A stretch of 57,551 bases of DNA, counting the filler, from Jimgerdemannia flammicorona (lineage: Eukaryota): NCBI GenBank assembly GCA_003990765.1. It is 3 parts of 3 records of this genome, joined end to end, with 100 filler letters (N's around TTAATTAATTAA, not from the genome) between each part and the next. Parts side by side here need not be neighbours in the genome. Positions count along the whole stretch, not along the records: positions 19,223 to 38,339 come from RBNJ01002024.1; 2 more parts are not named here. The stretch is one strand, 5' to 3'. The notes beneath the pieces are model-generated. The model had not been told where the DNA came from. It did not search any database and was given only the letters and a program-made list of their open reading frames with translations. Below are positions 26,254 to 38,215 of this stretch, one piece after another. The position numbers and the translations under genes were made by a program. How positions within the stretch are numbered: the stretch's first letter is position 1; each line of letters opens with the position of its first letter.

Positions 26254-29200
26254 CCAGTACTATTCAGGTGACACAAGACTCAGACAACACTTTTTAAATG
26301 TTTTTAATGATCGATGACTATCAACATAGATGGCAATAATTGTACTAGTGAGTGTGCTGGCCAGGGGGGCAGTGGTGCCTTTGGCTGACAACAGGTGGGG
26401 AGGAGGGGAGATGGTTTGGGGATGCCAGGGGCCTTGATGACTGGCCGAGACACTAGTGGTGGAGGGAGGGGTGGCCTGAGGCAGCAAGGAGGGGAGAGGT
26501 TGACCTTTGCAGACAAGGTCAAGATGGGGAGAATGGCCTCTGGTCTGGATAGTTGGCTGGGCCTAAGGAAGGCATTGACAGCTGCTGCTGAGAGATAGAG
26601 AGGAGTGCCCAGGGGAGTGTCTGGTAGTAGGGGAGGGGAGGGGAGTAGGGGCTAGAGATGTGACTGTTAATAGGATTGTGGCTGGGAATCTGGAAAAAAA
26701 TCCAGATGTGATGGCAGTTGATGGTTCAGGACAGGGGGTGGGCATGAGGCCCAGGGACCTGGCGAATGGGGTGACAGGTATGGCGTTGGCACTGTTACTC
26801 AAGAAATCAAGGTCAGAATTTGCTATCACAATGTATTTCAGGGGCTTGGCAGTAACTGCAAGGACGATCTTGAGGCTGGTGGTGCAGGAGGCAAAAGGGG
26901 CAGCATCGGTGAAGTTTTTGAAGGGGAAAGAAGGGGTTGAGGTGGGGTTTGAGAAAGAGGAAGTATTGCTGACTGCCATAGAGAAGGGGGTAACAGTGGG
27001 TGGAGTTGTGGTCCCTATGGTCAGGTACATATGCTGGGACCCCTGAGTGGTATAGTTGACAGTGTTGGATCTTTCTATGGTGTCAAGAGAGAGGGCCAGA
27101 AAGTTGATTGTGGGGGCAGTTAAGGAGTATAGTGAGATTGTGGATATCAGATTCAAGATCTGGGAGGGTACAGAGCTCTGAACTAGTGACATCAACATTC
27201 AGGTGAGACTGGCTGGAAAGGAGAATATGGGGAAGATAAGGGATTGGCTGGCAACTCTGAAGTGGAGACAGGTGAAGTGCAAGGTTATATGGATGAAGAG
27301 AACTCAGGAAGAGGAGGAAGATTTGCTTGAGGCTCTAGAGGATCTGGCTGGTGTGGTCGAGAGGAGGAGATTGGCTTAGAAGGAGTATGAAGCCAAGACA
27401 GTAGTGGAAGTAGTCAATGGGAAGAGGATTAGGATGGATTGAGAGACCTGGGAGAAGATGTAGGAGAGGGGAATTCAGAAGGAGCTGCTAGTAAAGTTGG
27501 GTGACAGTGGGGCTGGCAGTAGCAAAGGGGATGGGAGAGCAGGATTGCATGAGAGTTCCTGGGCAGGGGAATGCAGGATGGTCCAAGGTAGGGTCTAGGA
27601 TAGACCAAGAGAGGAGAGGAAGGGCAGTGTGGAGACAGATGTGAAAATGAGCAAAGGGGTTCACCCTCAGTATAGTGTCCTAGGTGGGGCAGGGGGTGAG
27701 GAGGAGTTACTGGATATACCCGATGAGGAGTGGGATGAGTCAGTAAGGAGGAGCACTTTGGTGGACCCAGAGGTGGGGGGTGATTGGGTTGCCCAGGGTA
27801 TGGTGGAGGCAGTGGATAAGGAGAAGTAGCTGTGGAAGACTCTGGAAGGAGTAGCAGTAGAAGAGCTGGGGGGAGAGGACTTCTGGGTTATGGAAGAGAG
27901 GCATTGGGAGGAAATCCTTCATAGTGAAGAGGTACCAAGAAAGGTGAGGAATGAGATCCTAGTGGTCCTCTTGGAATCAGTTGAATACCAAGTTGATGAT
28001 CAGAGAGAGGAGGAACTTAGAGGGATTGTGAATGACTGGACAGCTTACTTGTGGGGTTCAAGGAAGGGATTGGAGAAGTAGAGAATGGTCTGTACAGACT
28101 ATCAGTCAGAGATAGAGATGGTGGATAGGGTGGAATATCAAGAGATCTTGGAGGTATTGGATGCTCAGACTGTTGTAGAGAGTGACTTGGAAGCAGAGTG
28201 GCACTTAGATCTGACTGGGGATGAGATGAGCATAGAATACTAGGCTAGGGTCTCAAATTCAAATATTATTCAATATGAATAGTACAACTAGAATATTCTC
28301 TTTGAACATGAATGGGCTATGGGGGGTAGCTAGAAGGAAGTACATATTTGGATGGCTAAAGGGACTGGATGCAGACCTCTTTTTACTACAGGATATTCAT
28401 TATGAGGTAGATGTGGACTTACAGGATTAGACTAAGGAATGGGGAGGGGCTGCAGTGTGGACAGGGAGGGTGGGCATCCTAGTTTGAAAGGGGATGGGGG
28501 ATATTGGGGACATTGGACATTGGAGGACTTAGTTGGTGTAGGGAGTATGGAAGAGGCCTAGATGGTGCCTATTGATAGTTGGGTCATGTTACTGCCCAGC
28601 AGAGAGAGGGGAATGGGTGAATTGGATTTGAGGTTTGAAAGAGACCAGTATCTTGGATGAGATTGGGTTTGACTACCTGGGGGTAACTTCAACATGGTGC
28701 AGGATAAGGGGATAGACAGGACAGATGGTAGGAGAGGAATAAGGAGCAGGAGTAGTGGGTTGGATGATTGGTTGGAGGTGGAGAGGTTGAGTTCTTTGGT
28801 TGATTCAGAGAGACAGTTTTGGAGCAATCATTGAATTTATACTCACTGGGCAACAGAGCTGGGCTTCAGGATCAACTGGATATTGATGGCAGAATGCTGT
28901 AAAGTAGATGTTTGGACTATGTTGGAGGTGGTTTGGTGTCCATGGCCAGATCACTGGGGTCTGTTAGGAGGGGGGAGGTTTGGGGGAAGTGGGGATAGGC
29001 CTGGACATTGGTGACTAAATTCTTCTTTGTTGGAGAATGGGGCTTTATGGGTAGACTGAGAGAAGGAGATTATTGGGAAAATTGGGAGGTAGTGGAAATA
29101 GGGCCTAGTGATTGGGGACTGCTAGAGGAGGCTAAAAGCAAGTACTCAGGGATATTGGAGGGAAACAGGGAAAGAAAGGTGTGCTCAGCAGTAGCAGTGG

Positions 29201-32027
29201 GTGCTATGGGCCTCGCAGCAATTGGTGGTGCTTATGGGAAGATGGACAGGGGTGCTAGAAGACAGGAAGGTGGCCAACTGGCATATTGTGAGAATCCAGA
29301 AGAAAGTAGAGGAGCTTAAGAAGGTATTATGAAGGGAGGAAGAGGTTAGGCTGAAGGGGATGGTGGCATGGCTGAGGTAGCAGGGGCTTGAGGAGGGAGA
29401 GAGACCCACTAGGTTTTTATTATAGATGTTACAAGTGCAGAGAACTAAGCAACAGTGGGATGGGGTCCTGAATGTAGATGGGGAGATGGTGGTGGGGACT
29501 CTGGCAATTCTGGAATTGCTGAGGACCTGGTGAGAGGATTTGTGGAATGAGGAGGAAGGGGGAGAGGATGCTTTGAACATTGAGAGGCAGCTGGAGGATT
29601 GGCATCTAGACCCTACAATGGGCCTGGGGACTCTGGGGGATCCAGTGAGGGGAGAGGAAGTTTGCAAGGTCTTGGCTATGACAAGTAAGGGGATGGCTCT
29701 AGGGGAGGATAGACTTCTCTGGGATTTTTGAAAGAAGATAGCTGGGGTAGCAGAGATATTGGAGGAAATAATGGAAATGTGTGATGAGGTTCTTCAGTCT
29801 AGAACTTGGATTGGGGGCCAGTGCCTAGGGCTGGTCTCCTTGCTCTACAAAGATAAGAGGAGATGAGAAGATTAGAAGAACTGGTAGCCAATCATACTAC
29901 TCAACATAGACTGTAAACTGGTAACTAAGATATTGGTGGTGAGGCTGCAGGAAATCACTCAGCAAGTTCTTGGTGTGGAGCAATGAGGATTTGTCAGTGG
30001 CTGGTTGATCCATAATGGAATGGCTTGGATATATGGTATGATTGAAGGGGCCCAGGCTGCAGGGGTGGATGGTAGACTGGTTTTTTTGGATCAGGAGAAG
30101 ATGTATGATAGAGTGAGGAGAATCTGGTTAGAGGGAGTGTTAAAACGAGTTGGTGTTCCCCCAGGGTTCCAAAGGTCATTGATCAGCCTTTTGGAATACA
30201 GTCAGGCTGTATTAGTTGTCAATGGCCATAGGGGTGTAATCTTTCCTCTTGGTCATGGGGTGCCACAAGGAGATCCTTTGTCATCCATCTTATATGCACT
30301 CTCTCTGGAGCCTCTACTGGACAGGATCTGGTGTCAAGTTGGGGGGTTGGATATTCTAGAGATAAATTGGAAGGTGGGGGCCTTTGTAGATGACATGGTG
30401 GTTGGACTGGGCTTGTTGGCAGATATGAGAGAATTAAGAAGATCTGTTGAATGGTATGAGAGGGGCTCTGGTACTAAACTCAATTGGCACAAATGCAAGA
30501 CTCTGGTGCTAGGTGGTGGAATCATTGGTAGTGATGTGATTGGAATGATGGTACTGGCAGGAGAGCTAGTTCATTACCTGGGGATCTACTTTTCAGTATT
30601 TGGGTCCCTTCTCTCCTATGCTTGATGGGATCAATGACTCCTGGAGTAGGGTAATATGCTTTTGTGATAGGGTGGTCAGCATATGTCCTTGGCAGAAAGG
30701 GTGATGGTGCTGAATATGTATTGGCTACTGAAGCTGTGATATGTGGAATATCATCTGGACTTCCCAGTTTGGGTGGTCAGGAGACTATTGAAGATAGTGA
30801 GATCATGGATCTGGGCAGGGCAGTACAGTCAGATAGGATGAGAGGTTCTTACCCTACTAGTGGAAAGAGGTGGGCTGGGTTTAGTAGACTTTACTAAATG
30901 TCTTCACTGCTTGAGAGCCTGAGGAGGGTGAGCAAGCTGAGGGGTCAGGAGTGGGTGCCACTCATACAGAGGGTGTGGGAGGCCTGGTATTCTCCCCATA
31001 GAGATTCTGGAGACCTGCTTGTGATGGTGGCCATAGATGAGAGCAGGAGAATGTAGTATAAGGGCTTTTGGTGGGGGGTGGTGGATGGTGCTAAGAAAAT
31101 TAGACTTCAGTAGCAGGGTGAGGAGAGAGAGGAGGATTAGAGACTACAGATGTGGAGATAGGACAGGCTATTGCTGGGCAGTGTTTTGGTGGAGGACTTC
31201 CAGCTTGGTAATGGAATGGAGTGTTTGCAGGGCTTAGGTGGGGACCTTTGGCCTGAAGCCTGGCAGAGGGTTGAGATTGGTGAGGAGTGGGACTGGAATG
31301 GTCTCTGAATTTAGAGCAAGTGGGTGATGTGATGGCTACCCCCCAAGTTCTGGGTGGTATGGTGGCAAGTTCTATGGCAGAATGTGATATTGAACTATTG
31401 GTCTGGGCACTTGGTGGCTGGTGACATATTTGAGTGTAAGAAATGTCTCAATGTTAGACAGGAAGGGGGAGTGATACAAACACCTGAACATTGGCTTAGT
31501 GAGTGTGCCATATTGGGGGTGTTTTGGTATCATATCGCAGACTGGTTAGGGCTGTGAGCCCTGGAGGGAGGGAAAGGGGAGAGGTGGGGAGAGCTCCACT
31601 GTAGGCTAGTAGGAGAGGTAGGAGATGAATGGCTGACCCTTGGTTGGGCTCTGACCATATGGGTTGGGATGGCTGGGCATTGGGTACATGTATTTGAGGA
31701 GGACCAGTGGGTTGAAGTTGGGGATAGAGTAGTATATTGAGAATAGTTACTATTGGATATTTTGAACAGCTGGTGGTGAGGGTGGGGGCCAGGTGGGGGG
31801 AGTCGCAGGGGTTTGGTATAGTGTATCTCCCAGAAAAGTGGCAGGAGGATTCAGGTGGTGGGTGACTGAGCTATCCTCCAGCAGGGGGAAGTAGAGGGTA
31901 GAGGAGTAGATCTGAGGGGTATCAGTTGAGGAGATGGGGTGATATTGTATTATTATTATTATAGATGACAGTAATAAAGAGAAGTCTAAGTAACTTTAAA
32001 AAAAAAAAAACAAAAAAAAAAAAAAAA
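26254..32027 (+). mobile_element. Near full-length L1/Tx1-like LINE, family A copy 2
   Basis: TSD gaggtggatgagagagca (26236-26253) versus gagatagatgggagagta (32028-32045), with 4 mismatches that are all transitions. ORF2 remnant 28275-31929 has LDQEK, GVPQGDPLS and FVDD. Poly(A) tail present. Confidence 0.9.
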
Positions 32028-32559
32028 GAGATAGATGGGAGAGTAATTTAGATACCAGAGTATGTTCTGGCAGCCTGTCCTGGTATGGAGAGATATTGAC
32101 AGATATTGGAGAGTTATTGGGGCTCTGAGAGTAGGTAGCTAGAGGATCCCACTAGTCTGATAGTTAAGTGACAACTGGTGGAAGAGACTGATAATATCTG
32201 GGATAGTCTGGGTCAGGTCCTGAAAGTCTGGATCCTAATAGTAGTACATTAGTAATGAGTATTTAAGTGGGATCTGTGGATGAGAATTGGTGAGTTGGTT
32301 GAGTGGTGAAAGTGACTTCTCTGAGAGATAGTACAAGAGTGGTGATATCAGAGAAAGCAGAATTAGCTAGAAACTATGAAAAAGATACAGAACATTGTCC
32401 AGAGGAGCTAAGATCATCTGGTGCTAGATGACTGGGGGGTTCAGTAGAAGGAAGATATTGGCTGATAGACCTTTTATTTGTACATTATTATTGTAGCAGT
32501 CATTGTATAGAGTTTGGTATTATGTATATTAGATATTCTTAGGTAATAAAGAAGTCTAA

Positions 32560-33576
32560 TGGGGGGAGGCCCTATGGAGCTAAGGAGGCCACCACTTGTC
32601 TCTAATGGAGTATGTTTCCATTTTGAATACTTACTGGCTGCTGAAGTTGTGATATCTGGTATATCATCTGGACTTTCCAGCCTAGGTGGTGAAGAGATTG
32701 CTGAAACTGGCCAAGGGGTAGATCTGGGCAGGGAGGAGGAGTCAGATTAGCTGGAAAATTTTGTCCTTACCAGTAACTAGAGGAGGTCTCAGGCTGGTTG
32801 ACTTCCCAAAGAGGTTACACTGCCTGAGAGCATGATGGCTGAAGAGAGCTGTTGAGCTGGGGGATGGTAGCTGGGTTCCTCTATTGAAGAAGGTCTGAGA
32901 GGTCATCACTGAGGGGAGCTACAGGAGATCTTCTATCCTTGATTGAGCTTCAGAATAATGGACACATGTAGTTTAAGGACTTCTGGTAGAGAGCCACTGA
33001 TGGGGTACACTATATTGGCATTCATTGGCAGAGAGATGAGGGAGAAAGGCCTTGGGGCCTGGCAATGTAGAGATGGGACTAAGTGTTGCTAGAGAGTATC
33101 CCACTTGATGACTTTGTTATTAGAGATAAGGTTGAGTACCAGAGAGAGTTGGGGTAGGATCTGTGATCCAGTAGATGGTAGTTAGTGGGTGTTAGTAAAA
33201 AGTAGGACTAGAATAGAATTTGGAGCTGGAGTACTGAGATTCAGTAATGGCTGCCACTAAAGTATTTGGTGGTCTGGTGGTATATATTGAGGAGAAATAT
33301 CATACTCAACTATTGCTCTAGCCATCTGGTGGAAGGGGGAACCTTTGACTATAAGGAGTGCTATAATGTTAGTCAGAAAGAGGGTTTTGTACAGATGCCT
33401 GAATATTGGCTTAGGGAGTGTGAGATACTCAGTGACTTCTAGATAGCAGTTGGGAAAAGGTTGGGTGTTGTGTAGAGGGGGGATGGTGAGAGGAGTTGGT
33501 GGGAGGATCTGTAGGATAGACTGGTAGAAAGGGTTGGGAGAGAGTGGCTTACTTTAGGGTGGGTGTTGGCTGTATA
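32560..33576 (+). mobile_element. 5'-truncated LINE ORF2 3' fragment, cut by a hAT insertion
   Basis: ILNTYWLLKL*YLVYHLDFP...RGGLRLVDF...QMPEYWLREC is homologous to the family A ORF2 C-terminal half. Confidence 0.8.
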
Positions 33577-33594
33577 TAGTACTCCGAATGAGTC

Positions 33595-34012
33595 AATTTG
33601 AATCAAATCCGGATTTGATTTGTCACATGATGGTTTGATTCGAATCTCAAATCCGAAGCCATCCGGATCAACTTGGATTTAATCCGAATCGCCCCATCCG
33701 AATCGCCCCATCTGAATCACCCATCTGAACTACCCCAATCCAAATCACTCAATCTGAATCACTCAATCTGAATCGCCCCATCCGAATCACCCCATCCGAA
33801 TCACCCATCCAAATCACTCATCCGAACCACTCCAATCCGAACCACTCAATCTGAATCACTCAATCCAAATCACTCAATCTGAATCACTCAATCTGAATCA
33901 CTCAATTTAAATCCTCCAATTCGAATCCTCCAATTCGAATCCTCCAATTTGAATCCTTCAATCCGAATCCTCATCTGAATCCTTCAACCAAATCCTCCAA
34001 TCCAAATCCTCC
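33595..34012 (+). repeat. hAT subterminal repeat array (atccgaatc-cored ~13-14 bp units)
   Basis: Tandem atccgaatcgcccc / atctgaatcactca / atccaaatc variants, which differ mostly by CpG decay. Confidence 0.85.
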
Positions 34013-34106
34013 ATATGACTCATATGCCAGATACATCTACAACACAACACACACACATGCATACACATACATGCATACACATGCACACACAAACATGCAA
34101 ACACAC

Positions 34107-36683
34107 ATGTCGACAGATCAGTCTTCAACAGTTCACAGTACCGATGATGCTTCAAGTCAAACATCCCTGATAGTTCCACACCTTCCATGCAATCCTTGCT
34201 CTGAAATCTGGCAACATTGTACTAAGATAGGAGATGATGTTGTTTGTAATTATTACAGGTAAAAAATTAAGACGCACCTATTGATACTTTGTTTTGACAC
34301 ATATATGATATTGTTTGATACACACATGATATTGTTTCATCCACCCCTATGAACTGCACCAGCCAGAAGTTCAAAATGCTTGGGGGTATGACTTCGAACA
34401 TAAATTGACACATAAAAGACAAGCACTCTGACAAAAGAACATGGAGACAAATAAAATCGACATCCAAGCTGTGGTGGGTACGTTTATCCGATTGCCTGAC
34501 CATTTCTGTACCAACAATGCCATTTAATCAAAAATTTTAGCCATACTCTTTGGCAGAATTTCGAAATCGGCTCATTCGCTGGATTGTGTGCACAGACCAG
34601 CCATTCACAACCATCGAGAGTGATCAATTGCATAGCATCTTTGGCCTTCTCAAGCATGATTTATATTTGCCAAGTGCCGATACTATTCGCAAAGATGTCC
34701 TGGAGACCTATAGGAAGGAGTACGACAATCTCCACCAGACACTTCAGGTAAAATAAGGGCAGCACCATGACCTTTGCAAGCTGAATTATACAAAAGAGCT
34801 CACCAATTTAACCTCACATTCAATAAGCAGAATTCGGCAGGCAAAATTTTGTTTACAATCGACACATGGACATCCCCCAATGCAATTTCATTTCTGGGCA
34901 TTACCGGTCATTGGATTGACCTCGATTGGCAGCTTAAATCTCTCACCCTTGACTTCATCAAACTTGCTGGCCCTCATTCTGGAGACAACATCGCAGATAC
35001 TTTTATTAGTTATATCCGGGAGTTTGGGATCACTACCAAGGTAAAAAAGGGGGGCTTGCCGTCAGGTCAGCATTTTGAGGGAGGTCCTAAACCAAACCAG
35101 ATTTTATTGGTTACTTATTTTCACATAAATTTATCAACCAAATGTTTCAAGTACAGATTTTTGCCATTACGACAGATAATGCTACAAACAACTCAACATT
35201 TTTTCAAGGTTTAGCAGCCAGCCTCAAACAGGAAAATGTGGCCTTCAGTGCAGAAAGCTGTCATATGCGATGCCAGGCCCATGTACTGAACCTCACTGTT
35301 CAGGACTATCTTATACATGTAGACAAAACATCCGAGAGAGGAGGGGCCCTGAGTATAATTTCCAAGCTGCGCAAACTGGTTGTGTTGGTCCAATCATCCC
35401 CACAATGATGAGACAAATTCGCTGCGCAGTGTAGGGCAATCAGTTTAGCCCCGAAAGAGCTTATATTAGATGTCTGTATGCATTGGAACTCAACATTTGT
35501 AATGATCCAGCGCATGCTGGAGTTTGCTGTGGTATGTATCCTTTTTTTCTTCGGTCAGCTGAAGCAACTATTTCGGATAATGGAAGATTTATTTTTAAAA
35601 AAAAAAAAAAAGCCAATAGATTCAATGATGACTGCCGACAAGGAAATATGGGCTGAGGCTCTAGGTGAAAGCGAGTGGGACGTACTTAGGAATGTTGTCA
35701 GAGTTTTGGAAGTAAGTGGTGGTTGCTCTGGCTCCACACTCATTTTGTCTGCCTCCATACAGTGCAACACCTCACCACATATAACTGCCAGTGTTTTGAC
35801 AATTGTACAAAGGATATAGTCAAACAAATGACCCCAACAATAAGCTCTGCAATACCGGTATACAACCTTCTGATTGACCGGCTAGAGGACAAGCTCGAGG
35901 ACAGGCTGGAGGGTTGCGGTGATTTACGGTTAAGCCTGGATCAGAGAGATGCCGTGGTGGTTGCTCTAAGCAAGCTTAGAAAATACTACACCCAAACAGA
36001 TACCGCCATATACTCAATCAGTACAGGTATGTTGATGTCGGCGTGTGGCCATTGCCCCTTCCAAAACAGAGAAAACCCTGCAAAAACTCACTCTCCTTTT
36101 CTTCGAATAGTGCTGGACCCATACTTAAAGCTACAATACCATAAAAATCAGGGCTGGGAGCAGCACTTCATTGAGAGAACCAAGCAGGCCATAATTGAAG
36201 TGTACCGGAAAAACTATGCACCGCCGCAAGGTTCTGGCCGAAGTCCGGACGAATATGCCGAGGGATCCCTCCTGTCCCACATTTACTTTGGCAGAAAGAG
36301 GAAGAGGGAGCCATCAGTGGAAGAGCTGCTGTCAATAGATGAACTTATCATTTACCTCGCCAGCGACCGCGTGGTTCTGCTGGAGGGCACGGAGGTGCTC
36401 AACTGGTGGAAGGTGGATTGTCTGGTGGACATTGGGCCAATTTAACCCACCAATCTAACCACTGCTCTACTCTACCCACTGGGGCATGCAGCTGCATCAA
36501 ACAGACTTCCCCAGCCTGTGTGGTATGGCTTGGGACTACCTGGCGATTCCTGCCTCCAGCGCTCCCATCGAGTGGGTGTTCTTAGATGGGGTGGACCTTG
36601 TTGCTCCAAAGAGGTGTGTGCTGAATGCTGAGACAATCTAAGTGTGTATGTGTCTGAAGTCTTGGTGGGGCTCAGGCTGCTAA
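34107..36683 (+). pseudogene. hAT transposase with BED zinc finger, multi-intron, inactivated
   Basis: BED motif IWQHC..CNYY/..TSNIN*HIKDKH. Catalytic-core motifs DTWTS, TTDNATN, CQAHVLNL, DVCMHWNST and LDPYLK. Dimerisation domain WWK..DYLAIPASSAPIE..LNAETI*VCMCLKSW. Several stops, e.g. TGA TGA at ~35406 consistent with CGA CGA. Confidence 0.92.
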
Positions 36684-36784
36684 AATTCGGCGGGTCCGCA
36701 GATAAGTTGGTTGGCCTTGTGGAATATTTAATACCTTTCAAATTAATAAAAAGGAAAAAAACCTGAGGACTCGGCCTGGAGTTT

Positions 36785-37145
36785 GCAGCCAAAGTGGAGC
36801 AGGGTTGGCAGCCCCAAGCTACCAGTGCCTGGGTCGGTGGGCAGGTCGGTGGGCAGGTCGGTGGGCAGGTCGGTGGGCAGGTCGGCGGAGGGAGTACGCA
36901 AAATTTGCGGCCCTCCACCGGCAGCAAGGGGCAGCCCCAAGCCGCAAGTGTCCGGGTCGGGGGGGGAGGTGGAGGGAGCACGCAAAATTTGCGGCCCTCT
37001 GCCAGCAGCGAGGGGCAGCCCCAAGCTGTCAGCACCTGGGTCAGTGGGCAGGGTCAGTTGGCGGGCGGGGCAGGCAGAGGGAGCGCACAAAATTTGCGGC
37101 CCTCTGCCAGCGGCATAGGGGCAGCCCCAAGCCGCCAAGGAGTCT
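36785..37145. repeat. GC-rich composite tandem repeats with short palindromes
   Basis: 12-mer ggtcggtgggca x4-5 at ~36831-36885. Three longer units (~36889, ~36973, ~37078) contain (cg)caaaatttgcg and ggggcagcccc. Confidence 0.85.
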
Positions 37146-37367
37146 AGGGCGGAGGGTGCTTCTGGTGGTCAGAGGGTGCTTCTGGCGGTCGGAGGGCGTT
37201 TCCGGCGGTCGAAGTTGCCGGTTCGGGTCCCACGGGCACCCCGGCCCTGCGCTGCAGCACTGCACTGGCGGCACTGCAGAGCAGGGCCGAGGGGCCGGTA
37301 GGGCCCTGCATAATGGCTAAGCTAGTGCTACATAAGAGGTGCCCGGCCCAACCCCCCCACATAAGAC

Positions 37368-37452
37368 TGCCCAACCCGCACAAAATGGCTGCCTAACCCT
37401 CACGAAAGATTGCCTAACCCTCACGAAAGATTGCCTAACCCTCACAAAAACT
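37368..37452. repeat. 21-bp tandem repeat containing cctaaccct
   Basis: tgcctaaccctcacgaaagat x2 (37390-37431), a third near copy (37432-37452) and a diverged copy at 37368. Confidence 0.85.
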
Positions 37453-38215
37453 GCTCCACCCGCTGGTCCCAGGCCTTGATGAGCCTGTCATCCGTTGTGA
37501 GTGTGACGACTGTTGTGTCCGAGCTCTCCTCGAAGGCGACAGTGCTGTGGTGGTCGTGTGGTTGGAATAGGATGGCCGTGTTGGCCGCAAACGGGACTCC
37601 GAAACTATAGGTGAGGTCATACCAGACTCCGCCGCTATCCTCCCAGGTTGGGCCCTTCCTTTCCGGGACGTAAAACATTACCCGGGTGACGTTGTTGTCT
37701 GTGTGTGTGGGCAGAGAAAGGTTGTGCCCGACATATCCTGATGTGACGTGAGCATACGGTTGAGTGAACCCTTGGCCCAGGACCTCATACTGCCAGGCTG
37801 TGCTGGTGGATGCCTGCCCTTGGTCCAGCCCCGGGAGCCCTGGCTTGGAAACCTGCCAAAACAGACGGTAACCAATCAGTCCTTTTTGCATTTGGAGGGC
37901 AGAACCCGGGCCACAGAAACCCCCCGGGCTGTAGCACCCCAAAAAAGCGGAGCTCCTCACCTTATACGGTATGCTAAATTGCGCCAAGAACGTACATACA
38001 GCCGCACCGAGGTCAACACCAAGTTGGCCTGCCATACGCTCTACCAATCTGCTCAAAGAACCCCAGATCATAGCCACCATCACCGCACAGGCCGTGTCGT
38101 GCTCGCGTGCAGTTTGCTCTTCGACGGTACTTCTAAAGTTCCGGTAGGGGTACAGAATCTTGTGCATCTCTGGAATTGTATCAAAAAGAGTATGTTGGCG
38201 AAGAGTGTGATTTAT
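37442..38215 (-). CDS. Putative TET/JBP-like Fe(II) dioxygenase (DSBH fold), last two exons; 5' part lost in the gap
   Basis: Acceptor tttaacccctccccAG precedes 38215. An in-frame 108-nt intron 37960-37853 (GTGAG...ctgat...CAG) gives exons 38215-37961 and 37852-37442. Product contains NLSLPT-HTD, SGGVWYDLTYSFGVPF and ILFQPHDH-HST. No stops. Family call from motif pattern only. Confidence 0.65.
   Translation of the reverse strand: MNHTLRQHTLFDTIPEMHKILYPYRNFRSTVEEQTAREHDTACAVMVAMIWGSLSRLVERMAGQLGVDLGAAVCTFLAQFSIPYKVRSSAFLGCYSPGGFCGPGSALQMQKGLIGYRLFWQVSKPGLPGLDQGQASTSTAWQYEVLGQGFTQPYAHVTSGYVGHNLSLPTHTDNNVTRVMFYVPERKGPTWEDSGGVWYDLTYSFGVPFAANTAILFQPHDHHSTVAFEESSDTTVVTLTTDDRLIKAWDQRVEQFL

Larger units (their letters stand above)
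19850..32555 (+). mobile_element. L1/Tx1-like LINE family B, degenerate, host to two nested insertions
   Basis: ORF1 remnant 20.0-23.0 kb is homologous to family A ORF1. ORF2 starts at 23068 (MNSLCILSLNIN) and has RT GVLQSNPLS...FADD (25035-25274). Its C-terminal zinc finger is split by LINE A2 and resumes at 32028 (IPEYVLAAC). AATAAA at ~32545. 5' end approximate. Confidence 0.8.

Noticed and set aside
36889..37135. Palindromic repeat units as a CRISPR array
   Set aside because: Only three degenerate units, the intervening sequences resemble each other, the context is eukaryotic and there are no cas genes.
36743..37383. Several overlapping Pro/Gly/Arg-rich ORFs
   Set aside because: They arise from GC-rich tandem repeats lacking stop codons and have no protein motifs.
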